This document shows, in pieces, positions 14,451 through 24,400 of a DNA stretch of 64,000 bases. The notes beneath the pieces were generated by a model. It was not told where the DNA came from, did not search any database, and was given only the letters and a program-made list of their open reading frames with translations. A program made the position numbers and the translations under genes. Source of the stretch: Monocercomonoides exilis PA203 (taxonomy: Eukaryota; Protista; Preaxostyla); assembly GCA_001643675.2 (NCBI GenBank), contig LSRY02000005.1, forward strand, positions 1,488,001 through 1,552,000, in the 5' to 3' direction. Each line of letters opens with the position of its first letter. The stretch's first letter is position 1.

Positions 14451-16079
14451 TCTGTTAGCAATAAGCATTTCTCTGGCCCTCTCTTCTTCAAATATTTCAT
14501 TCCCTCTTCGTCTCATTCATCTGTTCATGATACACACTCAAAATTGAATGGAATAACTTCCTCTCTTTCCTCCTCTCTTTCTTCTTCTCTTTCATCTTCC
14601 TCTTCTTCTCTTTCTTATTCTTCTGCGGCTGACTCTTTCTCTGCAAGTGCATCGTCGTCTGAGAACAAGCAGCGTGTCTCGTCTGCTGCTGTTGTGCTGA
14701 GAGACGGGAGGTGGGGCACAATCACATCGAATGCACTCACAAAAGCCAGACTGGATGTGGCTGAGATGAGCGACTCGAAAAGCCAAATTGCATTTTTGCT
14801 GCGTTTGATGGATGACTGCGAAGCGTCTGCGAGGAAGATTCCGCAGGTGTATGAGAACATTCTGAGTATCATCCGCAGCGGAGGCAGCGACCAGTCACAT
14901 CAACAGCAGCAGCAGCAACAACAGCAGCAGCAGAGAACTCAGCCGATTGTTGTGGATGCACCGCTGAACTGTCCGATCTTCAGCTGCAGTGCCCACATCC
15001 CAGCAGCTGCGGTGTCTGCCACGAAAGAATTGCGTGTGAATGTGATGTTTGCAAGCCACGTGGCCATTCCGCTGAAGTTTGAGACTGTGACACTTCTGTT
15101 CAGCCACTCAGCACTCAGCACAACACTCACAAACGAGCAGCTGGTTGAGCGTTCTGTTTTGTACCAGGCACTTGCAGCAAGAGAAAAGCAAATGGAAAAG
15201 AAGACAGAGGATGGTGAATGTGAAGGTGAAGGCAGCAAAGGAAATGAAACTGCAAATGAAGAGTCTCATCACAGTGAATCTGAGAATTCAAAAAATAATT
15301 TTTCTTCATCAAATAGTTCAGTTGTTCAGTTTTCACATTCCTCGTCTTTTGGATTTGTACTTCGAGATGCTTTGAAAGCACTCACAGTGCAATCTCTTTG
15401 AACACAATTCAATCAGAACTGGACTTCTCTTATGAACTCTTATCAACTGGGATCGCCTCAAAATCATCGTCTTCATCATCAGAGACAACAGCTTCTTCCA
15501 AATCTTCTCCAAAAGCATCAAAAGCTTCTTATTCCAAGTCTTCTTTTGAGAGTGCTTCATATTCGCCTTCACATTCATCCATTATTTCTCAAACTGATTC
15601 TCTTCTTTCGCGTCCCGATGTGCCTGCTCCTCCACCCCTCACCTTTGAGAAGGAGTATCCTTTGGTATTTTTTCTCTCCTTCACTCCGCCTCCATCGATG
15701 ACACACTCCTCCATCTCTCTCACAGACATCCTCCTTTCTTTCCCCTGTCGCATACCAAACGACCTGCCTGTCTCTTTTTCTCTTCGGCAGTTTCTTGCTG
15801 TGTCGCTTGACGATGACGAAGAGAGTGTGTTTGCATCGCTGCCTCATGTTGATGACGAAAGTGATGACAACACCAACAGAAATGAAATTAATCAGAAAGG
15901 AATGTCAAACAATCCATCTTCTTTGCTTGTTGAGATCAACTGCATCCACGTTGTCTTCTCCGCTGGGCAAGGCGCATTCAGCAGTTCTCCCCACACAGCC
16001 GACCATCGCTGTTTGTGCTGCAGCCACCGGAGCCTGTGATGCTGAGTGCAGTTCATTCGACGCCTGCTCTTGTGAATGA
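14406..16079 (+). pseudogene. TRAPPC11-like (foie gras/Gryzun region) internal fragment
   Basis: LRDGRWGTITSNALTKA...QIAFLLRLM, PIFSCSAHIPAAAV...VNVMFASHVAIPLKFETVTLLFS and LTFEKEYPLVFFLSFTP...ISLTDILLSF resemble, from memory, the central part of TRAPPC11. Frameshift near 15400; N- and C-terminal parts absent. Confidence 0.6.
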
Positions 16080-17749
16080 AGTGTGTGCAGTGTGTGTGCT
16101 GGTGAAGAGCAGAGGAGAAGACGCAGAGAATGTGAGGCTGTGGATCAAATGAAATGGAGATGAGGAGAAGACAGAGAAAGAGGAGAAAGAGGAGAAAGAA
16201 GGAGAAAATGAACAATAAGTTACATAAGTTCTTCTATTGAATTTGTCAGTAGAATAAACAAATGAATTTCCGCGGTTGCGACCAAAATCAAAACAGAACC
16301 TCTTTCATATGAAGGTGAATAAACAAATGAAGATGATGAAAAAGATGAGTAAGAAAAAAAAGAAGGAATGAGAAGGAAATGAGAGAAATACAAAAGATAA
16401 ATGAAAAAGAGTGGAAAATTGACACTAAAGAACAAGAATTTAATAAAGAACGAAGTAACTATTGACTTTTCTTTTTCGAAACAACAATGAAATAATGTTC
16501 ATAAAAAGCAATTATTTTTTTGAACTGATAATTTTTTTGTATTTTTTTATTTGAAAACACATGTTTCATATGTTTGTTTTTTGTTTTTATTTTTGATTTG
16601 TTAATAACTTTTTTGATAGTCTTTTTTTTATTGTTTGATAATGAAAATTATGTTTTTTTTCATGATAAATTTTCTTTTTTTTACTACCTGAAAGAAGAAA
16701 TTATTTGGAAGAAGTTGTTATGAATTTTCTTTTTTTTCATGGAATCTTTAACAGTAACATTTCTCCTTCTGTTCAGCTTTCTTTTTGAGTTTGAATATTT
16801 ATAACTTTTGTTTGTAGAAAATTTATCAGTAAAATCAAAATTTAATTTTGTAACATTTTTACAAATTGTTTTATTTTTTCTTTGAAGTTAAAGTTATTTC
16901 CTTTTTGTTTGAATTTAATATGCTCTTGATATTTTTATCTTCACACCAAAGATATTCGTTTTAATGATTTTTGTTAATTATTCATGCAAATGAGACATTT
17001 TGTCTCTGCATCTTCCACATCTTATGAAGTGGAATCTTTTCTCTTAGGTGAAGATTTTATTAAAAAAAATCAATGAAATTAAAAGTTTGTAAAGAAAAAT
17101 CAACTTCAATGCATCACGCATTTGAATTCAAAAAATATTTTTCAAAAAAATTTTTTTTATTCTAATTTTTTCATCATTTTTGATCTGATTGTCCCACATT
17201 AAAAATCATTGTCCACAGTTATTGAAAGTGTCCACAATTATTGACACGGACTATGTAACAATTTTGGTGGATAAAGATAAAAAATGAATTAATTTTTTTC
17301 TCTCTGTTAATAACTCATTCAGATAAAAACTTCAATAAAAAATAGTGACTGTTTTATTGAAGTTGGCAAAAATCTCAAAAATTTGAGTGAAATGGATTGC
17401 GTTTTTAACCGAGCTTCACTGTAATAATAATAAAAATAAATGTGGGCGATAATACTGACTTTCAAGCTTTATTTGCACAAAGCACAAAAAAATAGTTTCA
17501 CTTACAACATTTTTTAACTAAAAAATATTGCAAGATAAATTTGATTTTCATATTTGTAAACAAGCATAGTCAAAATAAAATCATGAATTTTTGTGACATT
17601 TAACGAATGTCAAAAAATGAGCACATTTTGATTGTGTTTTTTTTTGATTAAATAAAGAAAATGAAAAGTGCATAATTTTTAAAAGAAAATGCCTGAAGTC
17701 ATATATTTTGTCCCAAGTGAGCATTAATAATGATTTAAAGTCAAGGCTT

Positions 17750-17793
<44 letters not shown>

Positions 17794-18457
17794 AATCATA
17801 AAAGTGTTAAAAAGTTGTGAAAATGAGAAATATGATAAGTTGAGAATGCTTATTTCAATTTCTTTTTGAGACATGATTTTATTTCCAAATAAAAATTTAT
17901 TTAACGATGCATGAAAAAAAAAAAAAAAATCACATAACAATGAAATGCGATTTGTTTTTATTGATAATGTTTTAATAATAACATACTGCGAAAAATAATA
18001 CAATTATTGAAAATTCTTTTTGACATGATAATCGTGAATAGTTTTTTCATGAAGTCCGGGTTTTCGAAAAATTTTCAGGGTTTTTTAAAGACAATGGTTA
18101 TGAACTTTTCCGCAAAAGGCAAACATTGTTGCAATTGGATTTCTATCCAAAAATTTCAGTGAAAATAGAATTCATCAGTCATCAATTTTCAACCCAATGA
18201 ACAAATCAAAATTCAGTTTTTTCTTTCAAATTAATCACTTTTATTCATCATTTCTTTAATAATTTTATATTTCTCTCTTCAAAAGTAATAATAAAAACAA
18301 ACAATATTAATTCAATAATCAAGATTTCATAACGATCAAATTGAGAATATATCAGATTCATTCTCAAATGTTTCAAAAAAATTATAATTTAAATGGAAAA
18401 TATAAATATATTGGGCGCAGGAATTTTTATTTTCAGTTTTTTCTTTCATCTTCTTCC

Positions 18458-21400
18458 ATGGCGAGGTTCTCCACCAGCGCAAAAGTTTCAATAAATATTG
18501 TCGCTCTGATGTTGGTTGTTGTCAATTGCTGCAATACCTCTATTATTGCTGTAAAACAAAATCAACAAGAAACGAATTGGGAGATGCCAGAAAGCACGAT
18601 CAGCGTTGAAAACAGCAGCAACAAATACTACAATAAAAATGGCATAGGTGCAGCAAAAGACGTATTTTCATCAGGCGATCGTGTCAGTTGTGCCCGAACA
18701 AATGTGAATATCATCAATGCCTCGTTGTGTGTGAGCGATCTCGCCATGGAACCTCTCAGTGGCTGTGCATTCCTCGCTGCACAACATCACTCATCATGCA
18801 CCATTTTCTCCTCCACCTGCCAAATTCACGCAGATGCCAGCCACGCACTTTTCCTCTCTTCTCACAGCTCCCTCTCCTTCTCCAACTTCTCCCTCTCCGT
18901 CCACCAACCAGCCATCCTCTCCTTCCCCCTCTTCTCTCTTCCTCAAAATCTCCTCCCAGATGCACACTCCCCAATCCACACCTCCTTCTCCATCTCCCAT
19001 TCCTCTTTCTCTTCTTTCATTTCCCTTCACAATCCCTTCCTTTTTTCTCCTTCATCATCCTCTTCTTCTTCCCTTCTCTATCGTCATCTTCAAATCCACC
19101 TCGATCTCCATCTCTCGGACACACTCTTCACAAACATCACCACTGCGCCACAATCCACACACACCATTCCTGTCAAACCCACACACACACACAACTCATT
19201 CACCACCACCACCACAATCACCACAAACACAAACACCACAAACACAAACACAATACCCTTCTTATCTCTTCGTTCCTCTCTCTCCATCCACTCAACCATT
19301 TTCTTCCACGCCCACAACCCCATCGATGGTGCCATTCTCCCCAACCTCAACAGCCCATCCACTTCCCTCTCTGCCTTTAATGCCTCTTTCCTCCACCAAA
19401 CACGCTCTTCACCAAATGTTGCTGTGGTTCATGTAGGAACAGAATCTCGAAGAAAGAGACCAGGCAGATTGGACTCGTTCGATGAAAACAACCATCGCTT
19501 CGAATGGTGTGAATGGAATGATTCAAATGGTGATAGTGATCATGGAGGTGCACTTTATGTCAACTGCAGCAATGCCAATCTCACAATCACTTCTTGTTCA
19601 TTCAACAAATGTTCGGCAAGTGATCATGGTGGAGCGTTATTATGCCAATACTTATTGCAAATCAGTATCTCAAAATCCAGTTTCACAAACTGTTCGGCCA
19701 CTCATGGAGGAGCGAATTGCATCATGTTTCCGCAAACAAATTCTGTTTGGACATTCTCGGAAAACAGAGTGGAAAATTGTTCAATAACATACTGGTGTGG
19801 AACCGGTTGGTATTTTTGGCTCAATGATATACCATCAAATGCTCAATTCCTGTTCACAAACTGCAAGTGCAATGCAAATTCAGGTGGTGATGCCGCTGGT
19901 TCTCTCTCATTTAATCGTCCTCCACAAAATAAAATAAGTCACTTTTCAATTAATGAGTGTTGGTTTATAAATAATAAGTTAACTTCTTCTTCCTCATGGG
20001 GTGGCGCCGGAATATACTTTGATAGAACTTACTCTTGGATGAATGGAGTAAAATTCATCACATTCTGTTTCTTCGATGGTAATTCAGCTGCAAATGGAAG
20101 AGGAAATGATGTGTTCTTTTACGGAAGTGATATCACTCAATCTCCATTCGAAAATTGTGGATCAACAGCTCCAACACAAAGAGTGTGGAATAACAATACA
20201 GCTGAAAACGCTGAGTTCAACAGCTGGCTCCCCCTCATCAACCAGAACAAAATTGTAGCCAATGATGGATCAGATGTTGATGCCTGCGGCGAAGCAAATA
20301 AACCATGTGCCACAATCGATTACACACTTAGATGCATTGCTCCCTTCAGTGATGCCTCACTCACCCTCCTTGACTCCACTTTCACTCCCGCAAAGACTCT
20401 CACGTTCCGTGCTCCAAATACAAGAATCACAGGAAATGGCACAACTACAACCACAATCGTCTCTAGTGGTATTCTTCAACCACCAAACTCACATTTACAA
20501 TCATCACAATCAACATCATCATTTTCATTTTCATTATCTTCATCATCAACATCAACATCTTCTTCACCAGATCCATCTGCCACTTCTGCCCTCTTCGCAC
20601 AAACTCAGGGTTCCCTCACAGTCTCTGCCCTCGCCCTCGCCCACAACTCCACAAACCCTATCACCCCCATCCTCTTCCACCTCTCTCAAAACTCCCCTTC
20701 CCTCAACCTCAACACAACCACCATCGCCGGAACAACCCCATCTTCATCATCAATCACAACCCCCCTCTTCTTCGTCACTGCTGGCTCCCTCGCCCTCAAC
20801 CACACAGCAATCACCCAACTCTCCCTCAACAGCCAAAGCATCTTCTACCTCACCTCCATCACAGCTCCCCTCACCCTCAACTCCTCCAACATCACCCACA
20901 TCACCTCCACTGCCACCCCCGCCAGTTGTGTTCTCTCCTCTGCCACCTCCCCTGCCCTCTCCCTCTCCCTCGCCAACTGCACCATCACCAACATCAACTC
21001 AGCTCCACAAAACCAACAGACTGCCACCAATGGCGGGTGCATCTCATTCGCCTCATCTGTTCCTGCCAACTCGTTTTCGGTGAGTGACACCACCTTCTCC
21101 AGCTGTTGTGTGAGCGAGGATACAAGTTCTGGAGGAAGAGGCGGTGCTCTCATGATCGAGTTCAATGAAGTCTTACAAGTGTCAGCATCCTCCTTTTCCA
21201 TCGCCAACATCATGTTTTCAGCCAACAAGGCGAGTGTCGGAAGAGATATGTATTTTTTATGCGAATCATTTGTCACTTCTGTGAAGGAACCGTTGTTCAC
21301 CTTCATGAGAAGCATCACTGAAAAAGACAACTCAGTTGTTGGACATGACAGAACTCATATGTTTAGAGATTGGGACGTGGACTTGTTTATATTTTTGGAT

Positions 21401-24400
21401 GGGTATACTTCTGACACGATATATGTTGATGGAACATCTGGAGTGGAGAAGGTGTATTGTGGGTTGGAAAAGGCTCCATGTTTGAATGCGAATTATGGAA
21501 TGGGGCATTTGAAGAGATCACAGAATATTAAACAGGAGATTATTCTATGTGCAAATTCATCTGTTGCTGGATGCTTGGATGTTGGAGGAATGAGTGTTAA
21601 GTCCAAATCCGAGACAATTGTGGGTGTTGAATGCCAAAGAGAAGTGAGTGGCTCTGAAGACTGTATTCTGAAATCAACATCGATGACAGAAATGGAGTTT
21701 ATTGGGATTATTGTTCCATCAAGTTTTATCAGAACCATGTCAGCAGTGATCGAGTCTGGCACTCAAAATGGGGAGTTGCACATGAAAAATTGTGAAATGA
21801 GTGTGATTGGAGGAAACAAAAACACAATTGAGTTTTCCTTGATCAGATCAACGGGGAAAATGGTTGAACTAGACTTTGTCAGGATTTCAGATGTGAAATC
21901 ATCTGTCGCGCTTCTGTCAATTTCACCTTCATCAGGAACTGTGAATGAAGACGAATTCAGAGTGAAACTGTTGAATTGCACAATAGAAGGATGCAGTTTG
22001 GATGATTCCTCATTTGATGGATCTCCATTGATGATATCTTCTTCCGTTTTGTTTGAAAACAGCAACTTTTCGAATATTGAGAACAAAGGTAGCGAAGAAG
22101 GAGGTGTTGCGAGAGTGATATTGAAAGAGAATGAAGAATTGGTGATCAAATCGATAAATGCATCATCTTGTTCGCTTTTAAAGAACAATGGAAAAGGAGG
22201 ATTCTTGTATTTGGATTGTCAGAATTGCTTGAATGAAAAGCCATTTCTTTTTGATGCTGGAATTTCTTTTGAGAACAACAAAGCAGCCATTGGAAAGAAT
22301 ATGTTCATTTTTGGAAAGGATTTGAATAGTTCTGTGACAAATGACTCATTCAAGTTTGATTATCCATCAATGAAGGATGATAAAACTTTGTTTGTTGGAA
22401 GTGATGATTTTCATCAAGAAAAGGATTTGTTCATTTTCCTTGTTTCATACAATTCAATGGAGATATTTATCTCATCGAGTGGATTTGATGTGGCGCGTTG
22501 TGGAAGTGAAGAAGAGCCATGCTTCACGATGTGGAAAGGGATGGAAAACATGGAAAAGGAGATTGGAAGAAAAACAATTCAAATTGAAGTATCAACTTTC
22601 ATTCGAGATTTATTCAACATGTCCAATTATCAGATCAAAAAAAGTGTAAAGATGGGAGAAGAGAATGTGAAAGCGATATTGAATTTTGAAAAGGCAATTG
22701 GAAGTCAACTGGAATATTTTATGGTGAATGAAATTCATCTTGAATTGGCAAATATCCAACTCCAACTGGTATCTGGATTTGACAACTCAGCCAAAACAAT
22801 TATTTCAAATATAAATGGAGATTTGGTGATAACTGGATGCTCATTCCATTCAGAAGCAGAAGTGAACAATGGATTTGAATGTGTATTTGTGGATGCAATT
22901 GGAGGAAGTGTGGAAGTGAATGATTTGTCGATGGAATCATGCAATGTTGGAAACAGCATTTTTGCCATTCATGATTCTGGAATTGCTTGCCATTTGGAGA
23001 ATGTTCACGTGAAATCGTTTAATGAAAGTGGAGGATGCATTTTATCAATCAAGAAATCTGAAGCAGGATTGAAGATAAATGAAGGAAGTGAAGGAGGGAT
23101 AAACCTTCAAATTGACAAATCATCATTTTCTGGTGTGAAGAGAAGTGATAATGGAGCAAGCATTTTGGAATCAAAGAGTGAGAATAAGATTTGTTTGATT
23201 GTGAATGAGAGCAACATCACAGAAGACAAAGCAGAAATGAGTGAAAAAGGAGGAGACATATTCTTCACATTGGGCGCATCAGGATCAATGAAGATGATTG
23301 AATCGACAATCAGTCATTGCAGCTGCAGCAACAGCACAGGAAGAGGAGGAGGAGTGTATCTGGCAACAAAGGAAACAGGGTTTCTTAATTTCACATTTGT
23401 GGGAATGAAATTCAGTGCAAACACAGCAAGTGTTGGAAATGATATTTTCATTGAATGCTTCAACATCACATCTCAGATCAATGAAACCCAATTCCGATTT
23501 GATCTTCGAGAGGGACATTATTCACGAATTGATGCGATATATGGAATTGATAGGTGTGAACACAAAGAAGATACAGATCTGATTGATTTTGTGACGATCT
23601 TTCAGAGTGACACAATCATTGTGAGTAGCTTGAATGGATCGAATGAGAGACAATGCGGAACAAGCACGCTTCCATGTCATTCGATTGATTATGGACTGAT
23701 GCATCTGACTTCAGATTTCATAAGTCTGATGTTCATTGTTGAAGAGAGTGTGATTGTTGAAGAAATAAGTCTGAAAGAAATGAGCCTAAGTTCGAAGATC
23801 AGAGAGATGTGCAAAGTTGAAGTGAAATCAGGGATTGAAAAAGCAAAGGATGCATTGATAACAACAAATGGAGAAGTGTCTTTGCTGAGAGTGAATTTTG
23901 TGTTTGATTTAAATTTCATCTCTTCACATGAATCGCTAATATCACCAGAAGGAGGGATTCTTGAGATAATGAATTGTTCATTTGACTCAAAACAACAAAC
24001 AGAAGATGGAAATGCGGCTTTTACGAGCATTCCATTTCATCTAATAAATATGGCAAAAGGAGAATTACAACTTGATGGATGCACAATATCAAATCTCATT
24101 CTTCATAAATCTGCATTATCTCTTTCATCACCACTTCCATCAGTGATTGATTCATTTGAAATCTGCAATTCAACGATTCAAACTTCTCTGATTGATATTA
24201 ATGAATGCGGACAAATGAATATCGACAGATTGCTTGCTGAAAACATTTCAGTTGAAGAAAATGAAGATTCATTGATATCTTGCTTGACAATGAAAAAGAC
24301 AATCCATTTGACAAATTGCACAATGGGCGGAGTTGGTTCAAAGACCACAAAAGGAAAATTGATGAAATTGGAGAATTGTACAGATGTGAAAATGGACAGT

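Larger units (their letters stand above)
9591..17255. mobile_element. 7.7-kb TIR-bounded element (63-bp TIRs, TA flanks) carrying host-gene fragments
   Basis: 9591-9653 versus the reverse complement of 17193-17255: 55/63 identical. TA at 9589-9590 and 17256-17257. Each TIR contains the submotif AATAAnnGTGGACA twice. Confidence 0.75.
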
